Below are positions 18,958 through 31,922 of a stretch of 64,000 nt of DNA, piece by piece. Below the pieces are notes generated by a model, which was not told the DNA's origin, made no database searches, and saw only the letters and a list, made by a program, of their open reading frames with translations. The stretch spans positions 148,522 to 212,521 of the forward strand of contig CAYHJF010000002.1 of NCBI GenBank assembly GCA_964356915.1, read 5' to 3'. Both the position numbers and the translations under genes were made by a program. How positions within the stretch are numbered: position 1 is the first letter of the stretch; each line of letters opens with the position of its first letter. Origin of the DNA: an uncultured Candidatus Saccharibacteria bacterium (GTDB lineage: Bacteria > Patescibacteriota > Minisyncoccia > Ryanbacterales > GWA2-47-10b).

Positions 18958-18994
18958 ATTCGATAGAATACCTTCCTGGCCATCTCTTGTAAAC

Positions 18995-19783
18995 TTAATC
19001 GAAAAGTCCGCGCGGACGCTTGAACGCATCAAACGCCGTAGATGCCGCGCTTCGATAATTACAGTAGTCACAACTTGGGTCAGGAGTTGGAGGCGTGTCC
19101 TTTTCCAGACACTTCCGCGCCGCCTTAATTGCCTTCTCAACCCATGTATCACTCCCCGTATACGATATCACTTTAACATCAAACTCTAATTTACCATCGA
19201 ACGCTTTGCGATCGCGCCTGCCATTTGCATACACAAAGTATCCGGTATTAGAAACTTTGAACTTATTTTGACGTAGCAACCATTGATAAATTTCCATCTG
19301 ACGCTTATATCCATCCTGCCAATCAGCATCAAGATTTACTTCACTATCTTTACTTGTAGATTTATAATCTACAACCAACAACTCACCCCCTGGATTCACC
19401 CATACGTCATCCACCGCACCCGTAATCAAAAAATTAGTAGGAACGTACAAATATTGCACCCCTACAAAATTTTCGCGCCACTTATCAAGATCTTTGTGCT
19501 GAAATGGCACCGCATCAATACCGTACTCACTCATCAGTGGATGAGAGCTTTTCGCCGCGCGATGAATATCAAATTCTTTTTTCAAAAGTACATCTACTGC
19601 GGAGTTAAGATTAAATGGAAACCCTGGAGGCTGACCAACGCCCAAACGGACGTCGAGATAAAAACATAACTGACAACGAACAAAGTTTTCAATCTTTGAG
19701 CGTGAAAGTCGATATGTCTCCTTAGATTCAGGATTGAAAATATTGCGCGTTCGCTTTCCTTTGTACGCAGATGTAAATGTCAT
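18995..19783 (-). CDS. PD-(D/E)XK nuclease with 4 Cys (AddB/Cas4-like)
   Basis: LSRS..RCQLCFY, GAVDD, VVDYKS, QMEIY, CDYC. Confidence 0.8.
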   Translation of the reverse strand: MTFTSAYKGKRTRNIFNPESKETYRLSRSKIENFVRCQLCFYLDVRLGVGQPPGFPFNLNSAVDVLLKKEFDIHRAAKSSHPLMSEYGIDAVPFQHKDLDKWRENFVGVQYLYVPTNFLITGAVDDVWVNPGGELLVVDYKSTSKDSEVNLDADWQDGYKRQMEIYQWLLRQNKFKVSNTGYFVYANGRRDRKAFDGKLEFDVKVISYTGSDTWVEKAIKAARKCLEKDTPPTPDPSCDYCNYRSAASTAFDAFKRPRGLFD

Positions 19784-20247
19784 ATCATCGCTTCCAAATC
19801 AGCCAATACCTCAGCAGCGTGAAGCGCTGGTTTTACATCTTCATATATTTTCGCGATTTTACCCTTTGGATCAATCAAAAATGACCAGCGTCGAATTCCC
19901 ATATACTCGCGCCCCATAAATTTCTTCTTCCCCCACACCTCATACGCCTGTACTACTTCTTTTTCAATATCAGCAAGAAGTGGAAATGGTAAGTCATACT
20001 TTTGGGCAAATCGCTCGTGCTTTTCTACCGTATCGATACTTACACCAAGTACCACTGCTTTAATTTTTTTAAAACTACTATAATTATCGCGAAGCATGCA
20101 CGCCTCTTTTGTACATCCGGGCGTATCATCTTTTGGATAAAAATAAAGCAACACCCACTGACCCTTATAGCCAGCGAGCTTATGACTCTTCCCTTCTTGG
20201 TCTGGCAACGTAAAATCAGGCGCCTTATCTCCAATAGTTAATTTCAT
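19780..20247 (-). CDS. bcp: Peroxiredoxin Bcp
   Basis: FYPKDDTPGCTKEAC. Confidence 0.9.
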   Translation of the reverse strand: MKLTIGDKAPDFTLPDQEGKSHKLAGYKGQWVLLYFYPKDDTPGCTKEACMLRDNYSSFKKIKAVVLGVSIDTVEKHERFAQKYDLPFPLLADIEKEVVQAYEVWGKKKFMGREYMGIRRWSFLIDPKGKIAKIYEDVKPALHAAEVLADLEAMI

Positions 20248-20315
20248 AGATGAGATTATATCACGTCGGAGACAAGGCGCGAAAATCATTTGCCTACAAG
20301 AATTTTTAGGCTGAC

Positions 20316-20344
20316 TTGATTTTTCAATAAAATCGTGCTATAAT
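20316..20344 (+). promoter_or_regulatory. sigma70 promoter (extended -10)
   Basis: TTGATT-17 nt-TATAAT, with TG upstream of the -10. Confidence 0.65.
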
Positions 20345-20381
20345 AATAAAAATTAGTCCTTTGCCAAGGAGGGTGTAGCGG

Positions 20382-20543
20382 ATGAAAAAGTGGTGGCAAG
20401 AGTTGACTCCAAGTCAGCGGTACAGGTTTCGACGCGATATGTGGCTGATCATCTGGATCGGTTGCATACTTGCAATCTCATGGACGCTCGAACGTAACAT
20501 CGTCGCAAGCGCACAATGCTCGCGAACTGTCACACGGAGGTGA
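20382..20543 (+). CDS. 53-aa small membrane protein (not in ORF track)
   Basis: AGGAGG RBS, promoter; MKKWWQELTPSQRYRFRRDMWLIIWIGCILAISWTLERNIVASAQCSRTVTRR. Confidence 0.55.
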   Translation: MKKWWQELTPSQRYRFRRDMWLIIWIGCILAISWTLERNIVASAQCSRTVTRR

Positions 20544-20545
20544 AT

Positions 20546-20812
20546 GTGAATCAACCGCACGTCGATCTCACACGACGCGAAGTCTGGATTCTAGTCGGGG
20601 GTATCAAGTGCCTCTGGCCAATCAAGGAAAACGGCCGACTCGGGAAAGTCCGAAAATCCCGCACTGGCTGGGGAAGAGACGAATCAAGCCTCTCGGTCCC
20701 CAGAACCGATTTCACGCGCGCAGTGCGTATATGCGCATCGGCCGCAGCCGATCACACGCGTCGCGCCGCCCTACGCGTAGGGAAAGCCCAGGGGGAACTC
20801 ATCCCTCAATGA
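20546..20812 (+). CDS. Small basic hypothetical protein
   Basis: GGAGGTG RBS before GTG 20546; followed by a terminator. Confidence 0.55.
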   Translation: MNQPHVDLTRREVWILVGGIKCLWPIKENGRLGKVRKSRTGWGRDESSLSVPRTDFTRAVRICASAAADHTRRAALRVGKAQGELIPQ

Positions 20813-20840
20813 ATCCTCATCGTATCAAATCAATCACATA

Positions 20841-20877
20841 GCCCCGGCATGCAATACATGACCGGGGCGTTCTTTTT
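20841..20877 (+). terminator. Intrinsic terminator
   Basis: GCCCCGG-CATG..CATG-A-CCGGGGC then TTCTTTTT. Confidence 0.7.
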
Positions 20878-20980
20878 ATGCGTACGTAAATTTATTGCAC
20901 TGCAATTGCTTTTTATATAAAATTATGTTTTAATGCTTGACGGAATGATAAAGTTTGATGTTCAAGCGAGACTGGATTAA

Positions 20981-21562
20981 ATGACAGAAGCGGAAAAATT
21001 GCTTATTGGAGAGTTAAAAAAGCTTGACATTATAGTACCTCTCCAAGAAGACCTTATTGAGTTAGATAATGGAGTGATCCTCATTGCTTGTGGCGACTGT
21101 GATAGGCTGCCATCACTCGAACAATGGATCAAAAGACTCTTTAGAAAACGTGGCCTCGAGCCACGCATTCACCGCATCTATCTGAACGGAGGCGGGGCTC
21201 TCATTCCATCTGAATCGCGTGTCGCTCGCTGTAATGAAGGAGCAACTATCATCCATCATGTTCAACAGGCATCACGCTTGCGAAACATCTATATCGTACT
21301 TGATGCAACACACTTCGAATGTGGCGCAGCCAAAGAAGTGGGCGTCAATCTGCGTGCACTCTTAAAATATAAAATCCTTGGTAAGCGCCGCCTCAAGCGT
21401 GGCGCTCGCGACATTAAGAAAGTCTATTCTCTTCTACACCTACACTACCAAGATTCGCGTGACCGCACATACATCGTACATACCAAGGAACTAGGTGCAT
21501 ACTTGCGACGTACCGCTCCTCCACCAGAAGAAGCGAAAAGGCGACGTCGACACGCCGCCTAA
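20981..21562 (+). CDS. Divergent beta-carbonic-anhydrase-like protein
   Basis: IACGD..R, LNGGG, HFECGAA (Zn ligands C/H/C). Confidence 0.55.
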   Translation: MTEAEKLLIGELKKLDIIVPLQEDLIELDNGVILIACGDCDRLPSLEQWIKRLFRKRGLEPRIHRIYLNGGGALIPSESRVARCNEGATIIHHVQQASRLRNIYIVLDATHFECGAAKEVGVNLRALLKYKILGKRRLKRGARDIKKVYSLLHLHYQDSRDRTYIVHTKELGAYLRRTAPPPEEAKRRRRHAA

Positions 21563-21569
21563 CCTAACA

Positions 21570-21598
21570 CCTCGTAGGCACCGCCTACGAGGATTTTT
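21570..21598 (+). terminator. Terminator between convergent CA-like genes
   Basis: Perfect 10-bp stem CCTCGTAGGC-ACC-GCCTACGAGG plus T run. Confidence 0.75.
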
Positions 21599-22013
21599 AT
21601 TCTACTGACTGTAATCCGTTAAAATCCGCGAAGTGCGCAACTACACTAACATTAGGAAATGCACTCGATACGACTGCCCGTGCTTTTATAAGTTCCGTAG
21701 AATAAAAATCCGGATCAGCAGAACCTCCATACGCACCACACTCTGAATGCGCCATAAGAACTACCTGCTCTGTATGATGAAGTTTTATTGACTTTGCAAT
21801 TTGGTCGAGAATATACGCGCGATTTGATTCAATTTCAGGACTTGCAAGATCTTTTGCGCCTCCAGCAACTTTTACTAAATCAATATGTGAAAACTGAAAT
21901 TTTTGAATGAACTGGTCAAGTAATTTTGAAAAGCGGCCATCAAAACACCACACAATGCACGCATCTGCTTTGTAATGCTGGGGATCGCTCTGATGGTCGA
22001 TAACTCTTTGCAT
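21597..22013 (-). CDS. Beta-carbonic-anhydrase-like protein
   Basis: WCFDGRF, VAGG, HSECGAY. Confidence 0.75.
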   Translation of the reverse strand: MQRVIDHQSDPQHYKADACIVWCFDGRFSKLLDQFIQKFQFSHIDLVKVAGGAKDLASPEIESNRAYILDQIAKSIKLHHTEQVVLMAHSECGAYGGSADPDFYSTELIKARAVVSSAFPNVSVVAHFADFNGLQSVE

Positions 22014-22039
22014 AAATAATTTATACAGAAATAATTATT

Positions 22040-24611
<2,572 letters not shown>

Positions 24612-24612
24612 A

Positions 24613-26151
24613 TTAGAGATTCTCTGAGCGTTTAAACTCTTCGATCGCACCCTTAAGCATCGCCTCCATATCCGGCGTAAATTCACCAGTTTTTTGGATT
24701 GGCTCTAAAATCGTTTCTTTGTGGAGCGCGCGAAGATACTGGATAAACTTACCCTCTGTCTCTTTAATTTGCTGGAGCGGCATTCCATCAAAATATCCTC
24801 CCAACGCCGCGTAAAGCACAACAACCTCTTCTTCAATTGGCAACGGCTCACGATCATTTTGTTTTAAAATCTCTGTCAAAAGTTGCCCGCGTTCAATCCG
24901 TCGTTTTGTCTCAGGATCGAGGTCGGATGCAAATTGTACGAACGCGGCGAGTTCTCGAAATTGCGCGAGCTCCAAGCGGAGTTTACCTGCAACTTTTTTC
25001 ATTGCTTTCGTTTGAGCCGCAGATCCTACGCGAGAGACGGATAACCCAACGTTAACCGCGGGACGCACACCTTGATGAAAAAGCTGAGACTCAAGATAAA
25101 TCTGTCCATCGGTAATTGAAATAACATTCGTTGGCACATATGCGGAAACATCACCAAGCTGGGTCTCAATAATAGGAAGTGCCGTAAGAGATCCTCCTCC
25201 GTGTTTTTTATCAAGCTTTGCTGCACGCTCAAGAAGTCGTGAATGAAGATAGAAAATATCACCCGGATACGCCTCGCGACCTGGCGGTCGACGAAGTAAA
25301 AGTGAAAGTTCGCGGTATGCACCCGCATGCTTTGAAAGATCATCATACACAATGAGAGCATCCTGCCCCTGATCCATAAAATATTCTCCAATCGCGCAAC
25401 CCGCGTATGGCGCGAGAAACTGGAGGGAGGCTGGCGCGGAAGCGGGCGCGGAAACAACAACCGTATATTTCATAGCACCCGCTTCTTCGAGGACTTTTAC
25501 AATCTTTGCAACTTTTGATTCTTTTTGACCTACTGCAACATAAATACAAATTGGAGTCTTGCGCGCCGTATCGTTTTTTTGATTTAAGATAGCATCGAGT
25601 GCGATCGCCGTCTTACCCGTCTGACGATCACCGATAATAAGTTCTCGCTGACCACGACCAATCGGGATCATCGCATCAATTGCCTTGATACCGGTCTGAA
25701 TTGGCGCGTTCACTGATTCGCGATCTACTACCGAAGGCGCGCTTCGCTCAAGCAGATAATCATCTGCATCTTCGGGGTGATGAAATAATGCCCCCTTATC
25801 ATCAATAGGCCGTCCGAGCGGATCAACTACTCGACCAATGAGCTCTTTTCCCACCTTAATAGAAAGTACTCGACCAGTTGATTTTACTTTCGCACCAACA
25901 GAAACACTCTGAGCACTATCCAATACAACGGCGCCGATAAAGCTCTCTTCAAGATTAAACGCAATCGCGGGGATATCTTCGCCACGACTGTTTTCAATCA
26001 ATAGCAACTCCTGACTCATTGCTTCGGTAAGTCCCGATACGCGCGCGATGCCATCACCCGCCTCAACAACAGTCCCGATTTTTTCGAGCTTTACTGAATT
26101 ACGGTATCCCTGAAGTTCTTTCTTTAATTTTTCTACAAGATCGTAGTTCAT
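24613..26151 (-). CDS. atpA: ATP synthase alpha
   Basis: [17 protein letters not shown]. Confidence 0.98.
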   Translation of the reverse strand: MNYDLVEKLKKELQGYRNSVKLEKIGTVVEAGDGIARVSGLTEAMSQELLLIENSRGEDIPAIAFNLEESFIGAVVLDSAQSVSVGAKVKSTGRVLSIKVGKELIGRVVDPLGRPIDDKGALFHHPEDADDYLLERSAPSVVDRESVNAPIQTGIKAIDAMIPIGRGQRELIIGDRQTGKTAIALDAILNQKNDTARKTPICIYVAVGQKESKVAKIVKVLEEAGAMKYTVVVSAPASAPASLQFLAPYAGCAIGEYFMDQGQDALIVYDDLSKHAGAYRELSLLLRRPPGREAYPGDIFYLHSRLLERAAKLDKKHGGGSLTALPIIETQLGDVSAYVPTNVISITDGQIYLESQLFHQGVRPAVNVGLSVSRVGSAAQTKAMKKVAGKLRLELAQFRELAAFVQFASDLDPETKRRIERGQLLTEILKQNDREPLPIEEEVVVLYAALGGYFDGMPLQQIKETEGKFIQYLRALHKETILEPIQKTGEFTPDMEAMLKGAIEEFKRSENL

Positions 26152-26537
26152 AGTTCTTTCTTAAACATATCTTTCAATTTTCGAGCCATTGAGTTATCCA
26201 ATTCTCGCTCGCCATCGATCACAATACGAACGCCTGCAACAAGACTTGTATTAACGCTCACATCGATTCGATCAACTGCACGAAACCGCTTCTTTAACTC
26301 ATTTATAAGCGCTAAAGGAACAGGACGAGCAAACTCCAGTTGAACCTCCCTTCCTCCCTGTTTTTTTGTTATAAATCGTTCAATCTCACGTATGATTCTT
26401 TCTGCCCGTGACCAATCTCCATTTTTATCGATAACATCAAAAAGTCGCTTCGTAAACATGTTGCGAACATTCTCAGGCGCAGCCTCGTATACATCTGCAA
26501 ACGCGCGCGCATACATTTGAGGAGAAAGTTTACTCAT
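26148..26537 (-). CDS. atpH: ATP synthase delta (short)
   Basis: [17 protein letters not shown]; operon position. Confidence 0.8.
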   Translation of the reverse strand: MSKLSPQMYARAFADVYEAAPENVRNMFTKRLFDVIDKNGDWSRAERIIREIERFITKKQGGREVQLEFARPVPLALINELKKRFRAVDRIDVSVNTSLVAGVRIVIDGERELDNSMARKLKDMFKKEL

Positions 26538-27040
26538 GCAAAGTTTTCTTTGGCCATACGAAGTGCATCTTTGATCAATTTTTCGTCAATCTTTGCAGGA
26601 TCCATCTCAACCGTCTTTGTAATCGCCTCTCTGATAAATCGCTCGGCACGACGCTCAAGCTTTGCAAACTCTTCTGTAGCTCTCTGCTCTACAATAAGAG
26701 CTCCTTCTTTCACAATTTCACCAGCACGGCTCTCAGCACTTTTAATAATTTCCCCTCCGCGCATCCCTGCTTCACGCTCCGCTTCAGTAATAAGCGCGGC
26801 AGCCTCATGATCCGCCTCCGCCATTCGTGCATCTCGTAACGTATCAATCTCTGCGAGTCGTTCTTTTGCTTTTTTTGCGTCCTCAAGCCCTTCCTCAATC
26901 TTAGCTCTCCGATCTGCCATGAGCCGCAAAAGGGGCTTATAAACAAATATCGTCAATACGACAAGAAGTATGCTGAAGTTGGCTGTCTGTGAGACAAGCA
27001 ACTTCCAATCAACGCCAAGTTGACTAAATAATCCTGCCAT
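26534..27040 (-). CDS. atpF: ATP synthase Fo b
   Basis: QTANF..FVYKPL..RRAKIEEGL. Confidence 0.9.
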   Translation of the reverse strand: MAGLFSQLGVDWKLLVSQTANFSILLVVLTIFVYKPLLRLMADRRAKIEEGLEDAKKAKERLAEIDTLRDARMAEADHEAAALITEAEREAGMRGGEIIKSAESRAGEIVKEGALIVEQRATEEFAKLERRAERFIREAITKTVEMDPAKIDEKLIKDALRMAKENFA

Positions 27041-27057
27041 ACTCTATAGCAATAAGC

Positions 27058-27306
<249 letters not shown>

Positions 27307-27326
27307 TTAATAACACCCGACCTCTA

Positions 27327-28076
27327 TTAATGAGCCGTCTCTTCGCTAGTCGCCATTGCGACAAACACGAGCGTCAGCATTGCAAAGATAAATGCCTGGA
27401 TCATACCTACGAATACCTCAAGAAAGAGAAACGGGAGCGGCACCACGTAAGGCACCAGAAACCCAACAATCGTAAGTAAAACCTCTCCAGCAAATACGTT
27501 CCCAAATAACCGAAATGAGAACGAGATAATCTTAACAAATTCCGACACAAATTCAAGGAGACCAACAAACGTATAGATTGGATTTTTAAGCGTAAAAAAT
27601 TTACTCATGTGCTTCCAAAAACCGATCGCGAGCACTCCTAAAATATTAACCGAAAGAATTGATATGATCGCAAGCCCAATAGTAAAATTCAAATCCGCAG
27701 AAGGAGCACGAAAGATGGGTACAAGACGATCATGTTCTCCGACAACCCCATGTTCCATAAGACCAATAGGACCCACTCCGGGCAAAAGACCGAACCAATT
27801 TGAAAACATCACAAACAAAAATATTGTCACGATAATCGGTAAATACTTCTCTGACTTATGTCGATCTCCGAGTACCGAATCCATAACATCTAAAAACTGT
27901 TCAATCAAAAGCTCAAAACTACTTTGAAGCATATTTGGCACAAGAGTAAATCGTCTCCATGCAACAACTGAAACCACTGTAAGCACCCCAACAACAATCA
28001 TTGCGGTTAAAAGTGAATTGGTTATAGGCCATCCAGCGATAGTAAAAATTTTTTCCGCAATAAGAGATATATGCAT
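27327..28076 (-). CDS. atpB: ATP synthase Fo a
   Basis: SFRLFGNVFAGE, IQAFIF. Confidence 0.95.
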   Translation of the reverse strand: MHISLIAEKIFTIAGWPITNSLLTAMIVVGVLTVVSVVAWRRFTLVPNMLQSSFELLIEQFLDVMDSVLGDRHKSEKYLPIIVTIFLFVMFSNWFGLLPGVGPIGLMEHGVVGEHDRLVPIFRAPSADLNFTIGLAIISILSVNILGVLAIGFWKHMSKFFTLKNPIYTFVGLLEFVSEFVKIISFSFRLFGNVFAGEVLLTIVGFLVPYVVPLPFLFLEVFVGMIQAFIFAMLTLVFVAMATSEETAH

Positions 28077-28135
28077 AAAGCGCGCCCATCATACCAAAAA
28101 ATCATAAATAAAAAAAGCGTTAGATTTTTCATATC

Positions 28136-28666
28136 CTAACGCTTCAAAATTTCCTGAGCAAAACCGTAAGATATAGCCTCCGGTCCACGAATCTGCATTT
28201 CCTCTGCCATAAGACGGGCCATCTCAGAGATAGAATGCCCCGTACGTTCAGCATAAATCGCGTGACAACGCTGCTCGGTATCGCGACCCTCAGTAGCAAG
28301 CCTATCGAGCTCTCGAGGACTAAATCGTCCCTCCAAGTCACGCCCAACAGGATGAAGATAGAGTGCGGCTCGCTCACCCATATACCGATAATCTCCCGCG
28401 AGATATACTAGCACGGCAGCAGATGCAACCATGCCGGTCGCGACCATATTAAGACGCTTTACCGGTATGACATTTCGTACGAGATCATACATCGCAAGCG
28501 CAGCCTCAACGGCACCGCCATCCGAGTACATGATGACATTGATTGGCTTTTCGACATCAACCTCAACAAGCGCGCAATATTGCTTACGAAATCGATTGAG
28601 CTGACGCTCTGATATAGAGCCAGAAACAAAGATCGTCCGTCTCGGATCAAACTCGGTCTTTCCCAT
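28136..28666 (-). CDS. ClpP-family protease, divergent
   Basis: SDGG, VASAA, YLHP, EAISYGF. Confidence 0.75.
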   Translation of the reverse strand: MGKTEFDPRRTIFVSGSISERQLNRFRKQYCALVEVDVEKPINVIMYSDGGAVEAALAMYDLVRNVIPVKRLNMVATGMVASAAVLVYLAGDYRYMGERAALYLHPVGRDLEGRFSPRELDRLATEGRDTEQRCHAIYAERTGHSISEMARLMAEEMQIRGPEAISYGFAQEILKR

Positions 28667-28743
28667 CTAATATCCCCTCCTCCGTCAAGATACCACTCCG
28701 CCTACAAAGTAACACATTTAAATAAGTAGTCAATATGACTCCT

Positions 28744-29607
28744 CTACCGTATGAGACTTTTTAAAATCTGAATATTCTTTTTATCTGGTCCTGTTTCATC
28801 AAATCCAGGAACTTCAAGAAGCCATGCGGGCTTTTGAAAATCTTTATTATTAATCAACGCCCGAAATGATTCTTTACCTAAATATCCTTCTCCAATATTT
28901 TCATGACGATCTCGATGAGAATCATATGGTGTTTTTGAGTCGTTAACGTGCATCGCGACTAATCGCTCAAGCCCAACCGTATCATTAATCTTTTTGGCGA
29001 GTTCCTTAACCGATGTGGGCGTATATTCGCGTACACTACCTGACTCAAATGCATGCGCCGTGTCAAAACACATTGCAAGACGCGAAGAATCAACAAGCCC
29101 CATAATATGCGCAACCTCTTCGAGACGGGAGCCGATTGTCTCTCCTCCTCCCGCGCTATTTTCAATAACAAGCAAACTCTTTCCGGAAACTTTTTTCAAA
29201 ACTTCTTTTAGCTTACTAACAACGAGCGGATAGGCATCCTCGCGCGGCATTTCTTTGCCAGATCCAATATGAAAAATTAATCCCTCAGCCTCTATAGCAT
29301 TCGCAATCTTAAAATGTCCCTCCAGCAACCCCGCAGACATTGCGCGCGATTGAGCATTTGGAGAGGCAAGATTGATTAAGTATGGCGCGTGTAAATATAC
29401 CGCCTTAATACCAGCCTTTTTACGCTCTTGTTTAAATCGTTCGATATCTTCAGACGAATGCTGCGTTACTTTCCACTGACGAGGAGAAGAGCCAAACATC
29501 TGGATTGATTCAGCGCCAATAGCCATAGCATTTTCAATTGCCCTATAGATACCGCCTGCGGCCGATACATGACCACCAATATATGGACCCCTATGCTTTA
29601 TCGCCAC
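28744..29607 (-). CDS. nfo: Endonuclease IV
   Basis: HAPYLINL, IENSAG, DTAH, HVNDSK, DRHENIG. Confidence 0.92.
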   Translation of the reverse strand: MAIKHRGPYIGGHVSAAGGIYRAIENAMAIGAESIQMFGSSPRQWKVTQHSSEDIERFKQERKKAGIKAVYLHAPYLINLASPNAQSRAMSAGLLEGHFKIANAIEAEGLIFHIGSGKEMPREDAYPLVVSKLKEVLKKVSGKSLLVIENSAGGGETIGSRLEEVAHIMGLVDSSRLAMCFDTAHAFESGSVREYTPTSVKELAKKINDTVGLERLVAMHVNDSKTPYDSHRDRHENIGEGYLGKESFRALINNKDFQKPAWLLEVPGFDETGPDKKNIQILKSLIR

Positions 29608-29656
29608 TAATATCGTTCTAAGAATTTTATAATCCCAATACTATCACTCTCTCGCA

Positions 29657-29944
29657 CTATGACAAAGCACCTTCGCGACGCAAAAGTTCCTGTTTTTTCT
29701 TGATACCACGGTTATACCCACCAAGTGTTCCATCCGAACAAATAACTCGATGGCATGGAATGTGTGGGTCATAATTTGTACCAATAATCGCGCCTACGGC
29801 ACGTGCCGCACGAGCATTCCCTGCGCGCCGCGCGACTTCGCCATAGGTCAGCACTGATCCACGTGGAATATGTCGAACAATATCAAGAACGCGACCTCTA
29901 AAGAGTTGCGAACGTGAGACCTTCTGTTGTTTTTTTGAGTACAC
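29657..29944 (-). CDS. MGMT/Ogt DNA-binding domain protein
   Basis: TYGEVA, ARAVG, IPCHRV; start uncertain. Confidence 0.85.
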   Translation of the reverse strand: MYSKKQQKVSRSQLFRGRVLDIVRHIPRGSVLTYGEVARRAGNARAARAVGAIIGTNYDPHIPCHRVICSDGTLGGYNRGIKKKQELLRREGALS

Positions 29945-30347
29945 CTTCTTCTACAAGTTCTTCAATAATATGAGTAGCCGCACCCTCTGGTAAATCGAGA
30001 AGCGCAAATGCGTCACTAATTGGCACGAGACCTCGCTCTGAAACAAATGTTGTGAGCGCTTCTTTCAATTCCGCACGCTTCATCATCCACATATCAACTG
30101 GATCATCGAGCACATGATTATGTTCACCGCTCTCAACTTCTTTCTGCTGTACGTCTTTCGTGCCTCGCGCGATAAAATATAAATAATACATATCTAACAG
30201 CGCAAACGTATTGAGAAGCAGTAGTGCAATAAACCAGCCTCGATGCTCTCGCTGTGCCGCGCGCCACAATGCGATACCTTTCCACGGCAAAGACCAAAGC
30301 ACAATCAGTGCAATGATTTTTGGATCAATGTTCAAAAGTGCATCCAT
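29898..30347 (-). CDS. DUF5652-like membrane protein with C-terminal wHTH-like extension
   Basis: WSLPWKGIALWRAA...WF...LNT. Confidence 0.7.
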   Translation of the reverse strand: MDALLNIDPKIIALIVLWSLPWKGIALWRAAQREHRGWFIALLLLNTFALLDMYYLYFIARGTKDVQQKEVESGEHNHVLDDPVDMWMMKRAELKEALTTFVSERGLVPISDAFALLDLPEGAATHIIEELVEEGVLKKTTEGLTFATL

Positions 30348-30353
30348 ATGTAA

Positions 30354-31127
30354 CTACTCTCTCATCTTATACCCCGTCTTGAAGAGATACCACACCGTCC
30401 ACCCAGAACCGAACATAAGCCCAAGAATAACAACCCACCCAACTACCGCGTTTGATTCACACACATTAATCATGGAACATCGAAGTCCATCTACAAAATA
30501 GAAAAATGGATTTACACGTACAACCCACTGTAAGCCTCTCGGCATCATTTCAATTGAGTTGAAAACACCTCCTAAAAATGTAAGCGGTGTAATGATGAAA
30601 ATACTGGGGAGTGAAAGTTGTTCGAAGTTCTTAGACCACAATGCAACCAACATACCAGCAAATGCAAAAATCATAGAAATTGAAACAACGTAAAAAATCA
30701 TAGCCCATACATGCGCAACCGTAGCCGCAGTAAAAAAGATTGCCATTACATAGACACCGAACCCAACAACAACAGCACGAATTACACCACTCACCATAAA
30801 CCCAATAATCATCTCAAGATATGAGAATGGAGCAATAAGAATCTCTTCGATAGAGCGTGTCCACTTCATAATATACACCGCAAACGATGTATGCATGAAC
30901 GCCGCAGACATAAGATTCATCATCACGAGCCCTGGCAAAACAAAATCGATATATGGCACTCCTTTAATGAGCGCGATGCGCTGACCCACAACGTGACCAA
31001 ATACAAGGATATAAAGAAGCGCACCGCTCCATGGCGCACCGAGCGTCTGAATCCATACGCGAAATACACGTCCTACTTCACGAGAGACAAATGTATATAA
31101 TCCGATCCAATTCACTTGATCTTTCAT
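30354..31127 (-). CDS. ABC-2 permease (YadH-like)
   Basis: QTLGAP, FVLPGL, PLTFLGGVF, NPFFY. Confidence 0.88.
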   Translation of the reverse strand: MKDQVNWIGLYTFVSREVGRVFRVWIQTLGAPWSGALLYILVFGHVVGQRIALIKGVPYIDFVLPGLVMMNLMSAAFMHTSFAVYIMKWTRSIEEILIAPFSYLEMIIGFMVSGVIRAVVVGFGVYVMAIFFTAATVAHVWAMIFYVVSISMIFAFAGMLVALWSKNFEQLSLPSIFIITPLTFLGGVFNSIEMMPRGLQWVVRVNPFFYFVDGLRCSMINVCESNAVVGWVVILGLMFGSGWTVWYLFKTGYKMRE

Positions 31128-31852
31128 AACGTTTTTCCCTTCTGCGTAATATCAAGATATGTCTGTTCAAGTTTTTTTCCTCCCTCTGTAAAATCACTCT
31201 TACTCCCGATCGCAGCAATTTTTCCTTTATCAATGATCGCGATGCGCTTACAAAGCATCTCTACTTCTTCAAGATAGTGGGATGTAAAAAGAATAGTCTT
31301 CCCTGCGGCATTTAATTCTTGCAAATATCTCCATAAATCATGCCTCAACTCAACATCAACGCCCGCCGTCGGCTCATCAAGAATCAGAAGATCTGGATCA
31401 TGAATCATGGCGCGAGCTAACATTACTCGACGCTTCAGTCCACCGGAAAGTGCCTGAAATGGCTTTGAAGCATGCGCCGTAAGTTCAAAACGCTCCAAAA
31501 CCTCATCAATGCGCCGCAAACGCTCTAGACGCGGCATACCATAAAATCCACCGACATAATAAAGAATGTCACGAGGTTTTGCAAAAATATCAATATTAAA
31601 TTCCTGTGGGGCAAGACCGATTTTCTTTCGCGCCTCTCGATACTCTTTTACTACATCGATGCCAAACACACTGATAGACCCGGACTGAAAAAGACCGATT
31701 CCGGTTATGCATTTAATCGTTGTCGTCTTCCCTGCTCCATTTGGACCAAGAAACCCAAAAAAATCTCCCTGCTCAATAGTTAACGATATATCATCAACTG
31801 CAACCATTGAGTCATATTTTTTTGTTAGATGATTGATTTCGAGAGCATTCAT
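31124..31852 (-). CDS. ABC transporter ATPase (YadG-like)
   Basis: GPNGAGKT, LSGG, ILDEPT. Confidence 0.92.
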   Translation of the reverse strand: MNALEINHLTKKYDSMVAVDDISLTIEQGDFFGFLGPNGAGKTTTIKCITGIGLFQSGSISVFGIDVVKEYREARKKIGLAPQEFNIDIFAKPRDILYYVGGFYGMPRLERLRRIDEVLERFELTAHASKPFQALSGGLKRRVMLARAMIHDPDLLILDEPTAGVDVELRHDLWRYLQELNAAGKTILFTSHYLEEVEMLCKRIAIIDKGKIAAIGSKSDFTEGGKKLEQTYLDITQKGKTL

Positions 31853-31922
31853 AGAAATATATTGCGTAGCATAGCGCAAAAATACTCTTGGGACAACCTT
31901 TGGAGCATGATATACTCTGAAA

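Noticed and set aside
18995-19783. Cas4 / CRISPR locus
   Set aside because: No repeat-spacer array or other cas genes seen; stand-alone PD-(D/E)XK nuclease
20415-20440. GGTTTCGAC resembling a tRNA T-loop or tmRNA 5' end
   Set aside because: No cloverleaf or acceptor stem; lies within a small ORF that has an RBS
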